Source: Nitrospirota bacterium (lineage in GTDB: Bacteria; Nitrospirota; UBA9217). Taken from it: 64,000 nucleotides of DNA. The DNA is taken from the NCBI GenBank assembly GCA_029858565.1, contig JAOUEV010000007.1, forward strand, positions 1-64,000. The letters are read 5' to 3'. Below the pieces are notes generated by a model. The model made no database searches and had not been told where the DNA came from. It worked only from the letters and a program-made list of their open reading frames with translations. The position numbers and the translations under genes were made by a program. Numbering within the stretch: position 1 is the stretch's first letter; the number at the start of each line of letters is the position of its first letter. Positions 37,998-48,609 of this stretch are shown here, piece after piece.

Positions 37998-38442
37998 CCT
38001 GCCGTCGCCCTCTATTGAACCGCTGGCGTCGATGGTAGGCACCTCGGGGCAGACCGCAGGGGACAGATCGCACGACGAACACCAGCCTGCCGTTAAGAAA
38101 AAGACCTGCCCCGGATGCCGCAAGAAGATGTACTGGTATCCTGACGAGAAGGCTTGGCGGTGTCCGGACTGCCACTATGAGCGAAGAGATCTGAAATAGT
38201 CGTCACCTGAGCCCTGGAATATGTCCGTAGTGTTCCGCCGGGCCGTCCGGATCAGCAGATGCTGCAGCCCGTCAGGGATCGCCGGAGGGCGGCCGAGTGA
38301 GATCCGCCAGCGTCTCCTTTGGTTGCCTGCAGCTGCTGCGTGGCAGCGTTCAGTGCGTTCACGTAAAAAATGCCGGAGCTGATGACCTCTCCGGCATTTC
38401 CTGTCTTCGGGAGCTTCTTTGCTGATACGCAATGGCGTCGTA

Positions 38443-39198
38443 TCAATCCTGCGCTAGCCCGTGCATCATTTCCCTGTTAATGAAGTCTTTTATGAACTCC
38501 CGCTCCGCATCGCCGATATTCTGGAATTTCACGCCCATGCCCGGCCGTTTGCTGCGGCCTGATCCCAGATGCATATGAAGGACCTGTCCCCGGATGCGCA
38601 CAACCCAACCCGGCGCGTTGGGCAGGTGGAACGCGAAAGTGTGGATGCTCCCGTAGGGAAGGGGGGCGGTGGTGCTCACGAACATGCCGTCCTCGGAGAG
38701 GTCGGAGATGAAGTCGAGCCGCTCCTCGTCCGTGTCCTCGATGACCACTTCAAGCCGTGTGGAGAGGCGGACGAACTTTCGGGGTCGGTTTCCTGCCGCG
38801 TTCTGGACCGCGGCATAGAGTTCGTCAAGGCTGCAGGGATTTCGCAGGAAACCGGCGCATCCGAATTCCTTGCAGGATTGTTCTACCCCGGGATCCCTGT
38901 TGGACGTATAGATGATGACCGGAACGCTGTTGGTGCGCTCCTCCTGCTTGATATATTGAAGCAGCACCAGTCCGTTCATACCGGGCAGGTCGTAATTGGT
39001 GATCACCGCCAGCGGAACGGTCAGCTCAAGGAAGAGCATGGCGTCCTCGGCCGTCCGCGCCATGATCACGTCGTAGTCCATCCGCTGCAGGTGAATGCTG
39101 GTGTAGAACTGACGCTTGACCTTGTTGTCTATGACCAGCAGGACCTTCCTCGGACCCTGGCCGTCCTTCTGCTCCCCGTTTGCTTCCGATCCGTTCAT
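38443..39198 (-). CDS. Atypical receiver + PilZ domain protein
   Basis: REC-like fold; PilZ RKFVR and DLSEDG, GMGVKF. Confidence 0.85.
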   Translation of the reverse strand: MNGSEANGEQKDGQGPRKVLLVIDNKVKRQFYTSIHLQRMDYDVIMARTAEDAMLFLELTVPLAVITNYDLPGMNGLVLLQYIKQEERTNSVPVIIYTSNRDPGVEQSCKEFGCAGFLRNPCSLDELYAAVQNAAGNRPRKFVRLSTRLEVVIEDTDEERLDFISDLSEDGMFVSTTAPLPYGSIHTFAFHLPNAPGWVVRIRGQVLHMHLGSGRSKRPGMGVKFQNIGDAEREFIKDFINREMMHGLAQD

Positions 39199-39531
39199 GA
39201 CCGCTCCCTGTCTCCTGCTTAACCGTTTTCAGCCTGCTCGCAGCTGCCCAGCAGACTACAACGCTTTGCCTGGATTTGCAAGGATTGCGACGGGGTAAAT
39301 TAGGGTAGTGAAAGAGTCCTGCGCCGGTAGTCTTGGTATTCAGAAGCAGCCTGCTCACCAAGTCTGGAGTGGTGGTCACGGAAGGAAGTCTGTTGGATAC
39401 TGGTGATCACTTAAGATGGTCAGTCTGTCGATGGTGGGAGTTCAATATGAGCCGGGATATCTGCGCGATTCCTGCGTTGTTTATGCCCTTTACATTTTGA
39501 ATAATAGGCAGAACTGTCGTGAAAGATCCAC

Positions 39532-39957
39532 CTAGTTCCTTGTCGCCATTGGCCTGATAGTGTTGCAAATCGCGATGGCGTCGTTGAAGGTCTTGAGCAT
39601 AGGACCTACCATGTCCTTTTGGAACCGAAGGGTAAGCTGCTCAAAGGACTCCGGTGCATTGCCATTGATCGAACGTGTCATGTTCGTGTTCTTCACTACG
39701 ACGGCGTCCTCAGCGTCCGAAGGTGAGACTATAGTGCCTTGCAGGGGCAGATCAAAGGCTGCGTTCATTTTTTCAAAATGTATATGCAGGCGGCATGCAT
39801 CGGCCCGTGCCTCGACATTTGATTTGCGACAGATGATCTTTGATGATACCTCTTTCGCCAGGATGTCTGCAGCCGATGCCGGATTCTTTTTTTCTCCATA
39901 GGCAGTTGAGGCGGTGACGAGGACAATCAGTAATCCGATGAACGTCGCATGTCGCAT
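39532..39957 (-). CDS. Secreted hypothetical protein
   Basis: RBS AGGAG; MRHATFIGLLIVLVTASTAYG signal peptide. Confidence 0.6.
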   Translation of the reverse strand: MRHATFIGLLIVLVTASTAYGEKKNPASAADILAKEVSSKIICRKSNVEARADACRLHIHFEKMNAAFDLPLQGTIVSPSDAEDAVVVKNTNMTRSINGNAPESFEQLTLRFQKDMVGPMLKTFNDAIAICNTIRPMATRN

Positions 39958-40256
39958 AGCAAGCTCCTGCATAAATAACTTTCTCCCTGCTTCAAAAGTA
40001 CACGTGCTTATGAACAGCAAGCGCTGATGGGTATGTTGAGAGTTTATCCAATAATCAAAATAAATGCATAGCCTGTCCGGGGTATTTTAAGGGTATTGCA
40101 AAAAAAAGCAGAAATCACGGGGCCGAACGAATATGGCCTCGATATTAACAGGTAATATGCCGGGATAGTATCGTTATCCATAATATGAAATTGAGTGGTC
40201 AACTTGAGGATATCTCAATTTGTCCAAAGTGACGATACTTCCCTGGTGAGGTACCC

Positions 40257-40460
40257 ATGAAGCTGCTGAAAGGGCTTCTCGATGATCATATGGCGATTGC
40301 CGGCATGCTGGAAAAGGTCGTAGAGCCGGGCACCGTCACCGACGAAGCGCTTGCTGCTTTTCGGTTGGTCAGGGCGCTGATGCTCTCTCACCTGAAGAAG
40401 GAGAATGAAGAGTTTTACCCCGTCCTCAGGAAGGCGGCCGGGACCTTGAGGCCATCTACG
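40257..40460 (+). pseudogene. Truncated hemerythrin-like protein
   Basis: DH...HLKKENEEFYPVL first half only. Confidence 0.6.
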
Positions 40461-40518
40461 CCATGGCATTCCGGTTCTTTGACACATATTCTACGGGAGG
40501 GAACAGAAAGGAATTCGG

Positions 40519-41312
40519 TCAGAAGTCGTAATCCAGGGCGATCGTGGTGAACATGCCGGTCAGGCGGTCCTGATGGTACTGGTACGGGATGTTCTCGTGG
40601 CGAGAGGTTGCGAAAAAGTCCGCACTCAGTTTCACTTTGATCTTGTCGCTGTCAAAGCGGCCCAGAAAGCTCCTTCTCGGTCTGATAATGGCCATTGCCC
40701 CGATAGTATTGGAATGGAACGCGTACATGCGGTAGTCCACGGCGACCAGGGGATCGGTCTGCGCATCGGCCGCGAGTTCCTTTGAGAAATAGGCCTTTCC
40801 CTGTTGGTAGTAGCGGTAGCGGCATCCCAGGACCAGGGATTGCGAAATGTCGCGGTAGAGCTCGATGTTCGTCGTATCAGACTGGATGTGCCAATCGTCA
40901 CGGTAATAGCGGTAATGGATATGGAGACTCGTGGGCTCGCTCAGGAGCGTGATGAAACGGACCGCGTACGCGTTCCCATGGACCGTTCACTGCGGCGGTC
41001 CGTGGGCAGCCGGCGGCCGGCACTGGGTGTCCACCGGTCAAAGGATTTGCTGAATCCGATCCCCAGGGCGGTATTGTTCAAGTTCAGGCGCCGTGTATAG
41101 TTCTCGAACAGGGACCTGCCGGTATAGGTGTCCTCGTAGGAATAATAGCCTCCCGCGGTGAGGGTATCATCGTTTTTGTCATAGGTGAGCGACAGGGACA
41201 GGGGGACGCGGATGCTTATGTTGCCGCCTTCTGATTCATCCTCCTTTCCTGAGGGGGGCGGAGCTGGCACCGGCTGCTGGGCCGTCTTGGTGGCTGAGGT
41301 GATCGCGTCCAC
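40519..41312 (-). pseudogene. Frameshifted outer-membrane beta-barrel relic
   Basis: Beta-strand-like pieces in three frames ending IALDYDF*; GGYYSYE.TYTG. Confidence 0.55.
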
Positions 41313-41545
41313 TCAATGAGGTAGGACGTAGGCATACTGCGCTGGCGGTAGTCCCGTGGCACGGTCTTGTCCTTGTCATAGAGCATGATGAAGCCCGGCC
41401 GTTTCTTTGTCCTCAACTCGAACCGTTTCACGAAATCAATTGCCGCAGCAGGGGAGTTGTCGATATTCACGGCCGCAAGCGCGAACCCCCGGGACCCGAA
41501 TTGTTCCTGGACCGAGACCAGGTCCTCCATCTCAACTTCCTCGTG
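41313..41545 (-). pseudogene. TlpA/thioredoxin-like relic lacking CxxC
   Basis: GFALAAVNID, LYDKDK, MPTSYLI. Confidence 0.6.
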
Positions 41546-41614
41546 CAGGGACCCGGGTCCGGTCATGGGGTCATCCTGTATTGCGTTCGCGGGAATCGGC
41601 AGCACGCCTTTGAT

Positions 41615-42121
41615 CCGGTTCGGCAAGCGGGTAACCTTTGAAGAGTGGATCAAGCACGAGCAAAAGGCCCTGGTCAAGAAGATCACCCGTTCATCCGCGA
41701 ATCCACATGGCCGGTCATCCTGACCGCGCCGGTCGTCTGGTCAGTGCTGCCGGCCGCCTTCCTGTTCGACCTGATGATGACCCTGTTCCAGTCGCTTTGC
41801 TTCCCGATCTACGGTATCCCCCATGTTCAACGGGGCGATTATATCATCCTTGACCGGCACGCGCTGCCGTACCTGAACCTTGTCGAGAAGCTCAACTGCG
41901 AATATTGCGCTTATGTCAACGGGCTGCTCGCGTACACGTGGGAGATCGCCGGCCGCACGGAGCAGTACTGGTGTCCCATCAAGCATGCCCGCAAGATGAC
42001 GACCATTCATCTGCGCTATGTCAAATTCCTGGAATACGGGGATGGCGCGGGATACCGGGAGCATATTGAAAAGACCAGAATGGATTTTGAGGACCTGCCG
42101 GAAGGCCGGGAAGGCGGATAG
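41615..42121 (+). pseudogene. 5'-truncated/frameshifted conserved membrane protein
   Basis: CFPIYGIP, YLN.VEKLNCEYC, RTEQYWCPIKHA; upstream RVTFEEWIKHEQK is in another frame. Confidence 0.55.
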
Positions 42122-42132
42122 CCGCCGATCCC

Positions 42133-43791
42133 TCAGCGGGGACGGTGGCTCGACGGCGCCGCTGCCAGTGTTTTGACGGACCTGCACTGTGCAAAGATAT
42201 CCCGGTTCTGTCTGTAGACATCGGTCCGGACATCAAAGGCGCCGAGGAGCGTGTGAAAAATATTGGAATGGGAGAACTGCTCGTGGCGCTTCGCCTGCAG
42301 GCACTCCTGGTCGAGGTTCTGGTTTGCCGCGTAGCCCTTGGACATCCAGAGAATGAGCGGGACGCGGGTCTGCTCTTCAGGAGCGAGAAAATAGGGCAGA
42401 CCATGCAGGTAGACCCCGTTCTCCCCGAGCGATTCCCCGTGATCGGAGAAATACACCAGGAGGGTGTCGTAGGCCCCCGAGTTCCGTCTCAGGAGATCGA
42501 TGGTCCGGTGCAGGAAATAGTCTGTGTAGAGGATCGTGTTGTCATAGGCATTGATGATATCGTTGTTCGCGCAGGTTTCCGGCGAGCTGTTGCTGCATTC
42601 CGGTTCAAAGACGCTGAAGTTTTCGGGATGCCGCTTGAAGTAGGCGGGGCCGTGGCTTCCCTTCTGATGGAGCACGATGAGCGCGTCGGAATCTGAGCTC
42701 TGCAGCCGTTCCGGCAGTCCGGAGAGCAGAATCTCGTCATAGCACTCCCCGCTGGTGCAGACGCCGTCCGTTGAGCCATGCGAGAGGTCCTCCATGGTCA
42801 CCCGCGCGCAGACGCCCTTGCAGCCGGCATTGTTGTCGCGCCAGAGCACGCTGATCCCCGCCCGCGACAGCACATCCAGCACATTCTCGAACTGCGCCGC
42901 CTTGCTCACCGAGTATTCGGTCCGGTCAAGATGGGAGAACATGCAGGGAAGGGATTCGGCGGTCGCGGTGCCGCAGGCATAGGCCCTGGTGAAACTGATC
43001 ACCCCGTCCTCTTCCAGGAAGGGGTTCGTGTTACGCTCATAGCCATTGAGCGAGAATTCCTTGCTGCGGGCTGTTTCGCCCACCACGAGGATCACCACAG
43101 TCTTCTTTTTGCCCGGGCGGGCCGGTTTCCGGCTGGCATCCGTGCCGATCGCCGCTACGGCCGCAGGCGTTCGCTCTCGGTGCCGGCCGTAGGTGAGTGC
43201 GGAATAGACAGCGTAGAGGGGATTGACCGCCATGCGAAGCTCCTTGTGCTCTCTCCCCATCAAGGTCAGATCCTTGTAGCTCAGCAGCGCGGCACCTGCA
43301 GCCACGGTGAGCGCCATGCCGATCGAGGCCAATCGAAAGGTGATCTCCTTGAGCAACGGGCGGGACCGGACGCGGACCAGCGCGGCCGCCAGCGCCGGCA
43401 GGATACCGAACAGCAGGACATGAACCGCGAAGGCTGCCGACAGCAGTTCGGCCGCCTCCCGGTTGTCCGTTTCCAGGACGCTCTGCAGCATGACGCGATC
43501 TATGATCACGCCGTAGCCCGAGGAGAAGTACCTGATGACCGACGAGAGAATGAGGACCGCCATCAACAGGGGCTGGAACAGGTAGGAGACACTCAAGAGG
43601 AGGAAGATCGCCGTCAATGCGCCGGTCAGGATGGCGAATGCGGCGACGGCAAATAAAACGCCATGCGCCGTGCGCGGATCAACGACCTTGAACAGGGAGC
43701 TCCAGAAGAGGCTGTTGTCGACCAGGATGATGAACGCCGCGCAAACTGCCGCCAGGGCAGGTGCATTTATGGCAGGTCTTGTCAATTTCAT
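42133..43791 (-). CDS. eptA: Lipid A phosphoethanolamine transferase (EptA/MCR family)
   Basis: 5 TMs; VVGETAR, CGTATAESLPCMFS, HQKGSHGPAY, SDHGESLGE. Confidence 0.93.
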   Translation of the reverse strand: MKLTRPAINAPALAAVCAAFIILVDNSLFWSSLFKVVDPRTAHGVLFAVAAFAILTGALTAIFLLLSVSYLFQPLLMAVLILSSVIRYFSSGYGVIIDRVMLQSVLETDNREAAELLSAAFAVHVLLFGILPALAAALVRVRSRPLLKEITFRLASIGMALTVAAGAALLSYKDLTLMGREHKELRMAVNPLYAVYSALTYGRHRERTPAAVAAIGTDASRKPARPGKKKTVVILVVGETARSKEFSLNGYERNTNPFLEEDGVISFTRAYACGTATAESLPCMFSHLDRTEYSVSKAAQFENVLDVLSRAGISVLWRDNNAGCKGVCARVTMEDLSHGSTDGVCTSGECYDEILLSGLPERLQSSDSDALIVLHQKGSHGPAYFKRHPENFSVFEPECSNSSPETCANNDIINAYDNTILYTDYFLHRTIDLLRRNSGAYDTLLVYFSDHGESLGENGVYLHGLPYFLAPEEQTRVPLILWMSKGYAANQNLDQECLQAKRHEQFSHSNIFHTLLGAFDVRTDVYRQNRDIFAQCRSVKTLAAAPSSHRPR

Positions 43792-44099
43792 GTGAAAAAA
43801 TATGGAAATATCTTCGGATTGCGCGTACGAACGAGGTCGTGTCGTGTTCTGCAATTGAAAGGGGACTCGAAACTGTCGGTGCCCGCGCCCGGAGAGAACC
43901 TGTCAGAACGGAGACAAGTTAGCTCTTTTATTGGTCATTGTAAAGAACAAAGCGCTGTCCCGCCGCGCAGCCCGGCAATGTTCTCCATCAATGGCTCCTG
44001 TGTCCGCCGGTCCCATCGCCCGATTTGACTCGTTGTGCCTTGTCTGCTATCCTGCAGATCAGAGGATCTTTTCGCGCGGCGGTCGACAGAAAACAACTT

Positions 44100-44681
44100 A
44101 TGTTACCTCTCTGGATCAAGATTTCCTATACGTTCTTCGCGGTGGTCACGGTCGCTGTCTATGCGGTCAAATACCCGCCGGCGAACTTCCTCTGGTTCTC
44201 GGACATAGCCCTGGTGCTGACCGTGCCCGCGCTCTGGCTCGAGAGCAGCCTTCTCGCCAGCACGCTGATCGTCGGCGTGCTGCTGCCCGAGGTGTTCTGG
44301 AACGCAGGATACTTCGGGCGCCTCCTGACCGGGAAGCGGCTCGCGGGGCTCACAGACTACATGTTCGATCCGGGAAAACCGCTTTACCTCCGGGCGCTGT
44401 CGCTGTTTCATGTGTTCCTGCCCCTTTTGCTGCTCTGGATGGTCCGGCGTCTCGGATATGCGCCGCAGGCATGGCTTGTGCAGACCCTCCTTGCCTGGAT
44501 CGTTCTTCCGCTGACCTATGGCTTGGCGGACCCGAAGCTGAACGTGAACTGGGTCCGCGGCTTTGGAAGTGCCGGGCGATTGAGGTTGCCTCCGCTCGTG
44601 CATCTGTGCCTGCTGATGATCGGCTTTCCCGCGCTGGTGTACCTACCCGCGCATTTCCTGCTCGCGGCGCTGTTCAATTGA
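44100..44681 (+). CDS. Conserved integral membrane protein
   Basis: NFLWFSDIAL, LSLFHV, NVNW; multiple TMs. Confidence 0.75.
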   Translation: MLPLWIKISYTFFAVVTVAVYAVKYPPANFLWFSDIALVLTVPALWLESSLLASTLIVGVLLPEVFWNAGYFGRLLTGKRLAGLTDYMFDPGKPLYLRALSLFHVFLPLLLLWMVRRLGYAPQAWLVQTLLAWIVLPLTYGLADPKLNVNWVRGFGSAGRLRLPPLVHLCLLMIGFPALVYLPAHFLLAALFN

Positions 44682-44704
44682 TCTCCCTGCGGCTCCGGCA
44701 AATA

Positions 44705-44806
44705 TTGACATCCTCAGCTGCGAGTGGTATTAACTGTACTGGCAAATGCAGTTGGTCCGCTGTTTGAACCGTTGTATTGATCGTTGCGGAATCAGTTATT
44801 TGCCAG
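44705..44806 (+). promoter_or_regulatory. sigma70 promoter followed by long leader hairpin
   Basis: TTGACA-17bp-TATTAA; CTGGCAAAT 44739 pairs with ATTTGCCAG 44798. Confidence 0.55.
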
Positions 44807-45005
44807 CTCATTCCTTCCGGGTGCTCATTTCCGGGTTTTGCACAGGACGAATTCGTCTGTTCTTCATCTTTTCCGCCGAGATCTGGAATCAGCGGAACGA
44901 GCTTGTCGCGGAATACGATCGGATCGTGGGCGCGGTTCCGGGCAAGGGCCGGTCAGCATAAACATCCCGGGCCGCGCAACCGCGGTCCCGTCCTCCTCCA
45001 TCCCT

Positions 45006-45554
45006 ATGGCCCTCAAATCAACCATCTTCAAGGCCGACCTGTCGATCTCCGACATGACGCGCAACTATTACCACGACCACAGCGTAACCATTGCCCGCCA
45101 TCCGTCGGAGAACGACGAACGCATGATGGTGCGACTCCTGGCGTTCGGCCTGCACGCCGATGAGGCGCTGATCTTCGGCAATAAGATCGGCAATGATGAT
45201 GAGCCGGATCTTTGGCAGCGCGACCTTACCGGAGCGATCGATCTCTGGATCGACGTGGGCCAGCCCGATGAGAAACTGGTGCGCAGGGCCTGCGGACGGT
45301 CCCGAATGGTCTGTATTTATCCTTACAGCGGACACAGTGCCGCGGTCTGGTGGGATCAGGCGAAACACAGTCTCGAAAAGATCAGGAACCTGCAGGTGGT
45401 CTCTGTGCCGGAGGAAGCGTCCCGGTCTCTCGCGAAACTTGCACAGCGCACCATGAAACTGCAGTTCACCATTCAGGACAACCAGATCTGGGTCTCCAAC
45501 GGGAACGAGACCGTGCATGTTGAGCTGCGGCCATTCCTGTTGCGCACGAGGTAG
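45006..45554 (+). CDS. yaeQ: YaeQ family protein
   Basis: MALKSTIFKA, ARHPSENDERMMVRLLA, DEPDLW, WIDVGQP. Confidence 0.92.
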   Translation: MALKSTIFKADLSISDMTRNYYHDHSVTIARHPSENDERMMVRLLAFGLHADEALIFGNKIGNDDEPDLWQRDLTGAIDLWIDVGQPDEKLVRRACGRSRMVCIYPYSGHSAAVWWDQAKHSLEKIRNLQVVSVPEEASRSLAKLAQRTMKLQFTIQDNQIWVSNGNETVHVELRPFLLRTR

Positions 45555-45720
45555 GGGATGATAGGCGGCTTCCGCAGGCAATTCGGTCTGATACCCCGGT
45601 CAGCACGGATCTTCGCGGGTTCCCCGATTGACTTGATCGGGCAATGCTCCTATACTGGAGGCGGTCACAGGTTCCGGTGTAGAAAGCACAGTGCATTTCT
45701 TTCCTGGAGGACGACCGGCT

Positions 45721-46692
45721 GTGGAATTCCTGAACATGACCTTTTCCGTTTCCGGTGTCAGCACCAACGTGCTGCTCCCGCCGCTGATCTCCCTTGTCAT
45801 TTCCTACTTCACGTCCATGGGCGGCATCTCGGGCGCTTTTCTTCTTCTTCCGTTCCAGATGAGCATTCTGAATTATACGGCGCCGTCGGTCAGCGGGACG
45901 AACCACGTTTTCAACATCATTGCCATTCCGAGCGGCGTGTACCGGTATATTAAGGAACGCCGCATGGCCTGGCCTTTGACCTGGGTGGTCATTGCCGGTA
46001 CGCTGCCGGGAGTGTTCATCGGATATTATCTTCGTGTGCTCTATCTCCCTGATCCGAAGACATTCAAGCTGTTTGCTGGATGCGTACTGCTGTACATAGG
46101 GCTCAGGCTTATGAAGGACCTGCTCAGCGGAAACACGGCGCAGTCCTCGGGAGCGCAGGCGCTTGAGGAAAAATTCAAGACCCGTGTCGCGGAGCGCAGG
46201 AGAGCGCAGGGTTCAAAGATGGCCGCGGGCATTCCAACTGACGCGGTTGTGAGGACTATCAGCGTGTCGCTCAAAAAGGTGGAGTACGAATTCTGGGGCG
46301 AACGGTTCTCGTTCAACACCCTGGGCATGTTCGGCCTTGCATGTATCGTCGGCATCATCGGCGGAGCCTATGGCATCGGAGGCGGCGCCATCATCGCGCC
46401 CTTCTGCGTGGCCTTCTTCCAACTCCCTGTTTACACGATCGCCGGAGCGACCCTGATGGGCACCTTTATCACTTCGATCGCCGGCGCGCTGTTCTTCACC
46501 CTCTTGCCCCCGGCGCAGGGGGTCTCTCCACTGCCCGACTGGCCCCTGGGCATTCTTTTCGGCATCGGCGGATTCGCGGGCATGTACCTCGGAGCGAAGT
46601 CCCAGAAATACCTGCCTCAGAATCTCATCAAGATCATAGTCGGCAGCGCGATTCTGTTCCTGGCGATAAAATATATTGTTCAGTACTTCTAG
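45721..46692 (+). CDS. TauE/SafE (TSUP) family exporter
   Basis: SMGGISGAFLLLP, GAYGIGGGAIIAP; multiple TMs. Confidence 0.88.
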   Translation: MEFLNMTFSVSGVSTNVLLPPLISLVISYFTSMGGISGAFLLLPFQMSILNYTAPSVSGTNHVFNIIAIPSGVYRYIKERRMAWPLTWVVIAGTLPGVFIGYYLRVLYLPDPKTFKLFAGCVLLYIGLRLMKDLLSGNTAQSSGAQALEEKFKTRVAERRRAQGSKMAAGIPTDAVVRTISVSLKKVEYEFWGERFSFNTLGMFGLACIVGIIGGAYGIGGGAIIAPFCVAFFQLPVYTIAGATLMGTFITSIAGALFFTLLPPAQGVSPLPDWPLGILFGIGGFAGMYLGAKSQKYLPQNLIKIIVGSAILFLAIKYIVQYF

Positions 46693-46728
46693 GGACCAGG
46701 AGCAGCCGCACGGATCCCGGAGCATGTC

Positions 46729-47367
46729 ATGACCTGTCCCCTATGCAGCGCGAAGACGGTAGCTGATTACTGCCGCGACACTGTCCGGGAGTATCTTCGC
46801 TGTGACCGGTGCGGTCTGGTCTTTGTCCCTGGCCGGTTCCATCTTTCTCCGGAGGACGAAAAAAAAAGATATGACCTGCACCGGAACGCGCCGGATGATC
46901 CCGGGTATCGGGGATTTCTGAATCGCTTGTTCATTCCTGTGAACGAACGTCTGGCGCCGGCAAGTACGGGCCTCGATTTCGGCTCAGGTCCTGAACCGCT
47001 GCTCTCCCGGATGTTCGGGGAAGCGGGCCACACCATGCGGTCTTATGATCCTTTTTACGGTCCTTTTTCCATTCCCGGAGAACAGCGCTTCGATTTTATC
47101 ACAGCGAGCGAGGTGGTCGAGCATCTGCGTCAGCCGCGGAAGGAACTGGACCAGCTCTGGGCCCTTCTGCGGCCGGGAGGATTTCTCGGCATCATGACGC
47201 AGCCGCTTGTGGAGCAGAGCGCATTCCCTGCCTGGCATTACAAGAACGACCGCACCCATATTCTCTTCTTCTCGCCGCCGACCTTTCTCTGGCTGGCGGA
47301 GCATTGGGGCGCAGACCTGACATTCCCGGAGAAGGACCTTGTTATCTTCCGGAAGCGCAGAGCGTAA
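46729..47367 (+). CDS. Class I SAM-dependent methyltransferase with N-terminal zinc ribbon
   Basis: CPLC..CDRC; LDFGSG; SEVVEH; LRPGG. Confidence 0.87.
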   Translation: MTCPLCSAKTVADYCRDTVREYLRCDRCGLVFVPGRFHLSPEDEKKRYDLHRNAPDDPGYRGFLNRLFIPVNERLAPASTGLDFGSGPEPLLSRMFGEAGHTMRSYDPFYGPFSIPGEQRFDFITASEVVEHLRQPRKELDQLWALLRPGGFLGIMTQPLVEQSAFPAWHYKNDRTHILFFSPPTFLWLAEHWGADLTFPEKDLVIFRKRRA

Positions 47368-47383
47368 GGGTGTATAATCCGCC

Positions 47384-48136
47384 ATGCGCTCCCTCCCCAT
47401 CATTTATCTGGACGAACGCCTGGTCGCGGTGAACAAGCCCGCGGGTCTTCTTGTGCACAGGAGCGCTATCGACCGCAGCGAGACCGAGTATGCCATGCAG
47501 ATACTGCGTGACCAGCTTGGCCGCTGGGTCTATCCGCTGCACCGGCTGGACAAGGCAACCTCCGGAGCATTGCTCTTCGCACTGGACAGGGATTACGCCG
47601 GCATCATGACGGGGATCTTTTCCCGAGGGAGGGTCTCCAAAACCTATCTGGCCGTGGTGCGCGGGTTCACCGCCGAGCAGGGCAGTATTGACCATCCTCT
47701 GAAAGTACTGCAGGACAGAACGACCGATCATCTTGCTGCGCCGGACAAACCGGCACAGGAAGCGGTAACCGATTATGAACGCCTTGCAACTGTCGAATTT
47801 CCTTATCCCGTGGGGCGCTATGCCACGGCACGGTTCTCTCTCATCAAAGCACATCCCCGGACCGGCCGCATGCATCAATTGCGGCGTCATATGAAGCACA
47901 TCTTCCATCCGATCATCGGCGATACGACCTACGGGGACGGCAAACAGAACGAGTTCTTCCGCCGGGAACTCGGGTGCCGGCGCCTGCTGCTGCACAGCAG
48001 CGAGATCTCCTTCCCGCACCCCGCCACCGGACATCCGGTCCGCATTCTCGCGCACCCGGAACCTGATCTCAGGGCGTTCCTGCTGAGACTGAACTGGGAC
48101 AGAAACATCACCGACCTGCTGATGACTTCACCATGA
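47384..48136 (+). CDS. truC: RluA-family pseudouridine synthase, TruC-like
   Basis: NKPAGLLVH, HRLDKATSG, TGRMHQLRRH, HPIIGD. Confidence 0.85.
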   Translation: MRSLPIIYLDERLVAVNKPAGLLVHRSAIDRSETEYAMQILRDQLGRWVYPLHRLDKATSGALLFALDRDYAGIMTGIFSRGRVSKTYLAVVRGFTAEQGSIDHPLKVLQDRTTDHLAAPDKPAQEAVTDYERLATVEFPYPVGRYATARFSLIKAHPRTGRMHQLRRHMKHIFHPIIGDTTYGDGKQNEFFRRELGCRRLLLHSSEISFPHPATGHPVRILAHPEPDLRAFLLRLNWDRNITDLLMTSP

Positions 48137-48283
48137 ACGGGAAAAAACAGGAGCCGACCACGGTCCTTTTCGACTTTCAACAGGATGAGTACCATCCTGC
48201 AGGAAGAGTTATATCATATCGAAACAAAGCAATTTGTGCCTAAGGTTGTACGGTTTTTTTTTGTGATGGAATTTGTTTCTTTG

Positions 48284-48312
48284 TTGACAGGACAACATGC
48301 GGTCATTATATT
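48284..48312 (+). promoter_or_regulatory. sigma70 promoter giving a predicted leaderless mRNA
   Basis: TTGACA 48284-48289, 17 bp, TATATT 48307-48312; ATG at 48319. Confidence 0.6.
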
Positions 48313-48318
48313 GACGTA

Positions 48319-48609
48319 ATGCGTCTTGGAATCACAATATTGCTTCTCGCTCTCGTTGCTGCGTCAATTATGCCCGCGTTATCCACGCTTGCATATTCAG
48401 GTAATCACACAAGCGAGCATGTGTACTGCACACTGGATGTTTGCCATGGTGCAGTTCATGTCATCTCGTCGAGCGGCATGATGCCCTGTCTTCTTGAGGG
48501 AACCTGCTGTACGCTCCCGGTCCTGACCGCGGGGTCTGTTGATACCTCAACCGCTCAGTTTTCTGATTTCCTCCTCGTCTTTTCGAACGAACGTCCTCCC
48601 CAGTCCTGA
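48319..48609 (+). CDS. Small secreted Cys/His peptide, DUF2946/CutF-like
   Basis: Signal peptide, CTLDVCH, PC..CC, C-terminal ERPP. Confidence 0.6.
   Translation: MRLGITILLLALVAASIMPALSTLAYSGNHTSEHVYCTLDVCHGAVHVISSSGMMPCLLEGTCCTLPVLTAGSVDTSTAQFSDFLLVFSNERPPQS

Noticed and set aside
42133-43791. Mobile mcr gene
   Set aside because: No IS, PAP2 partner or plasmid features nearby.
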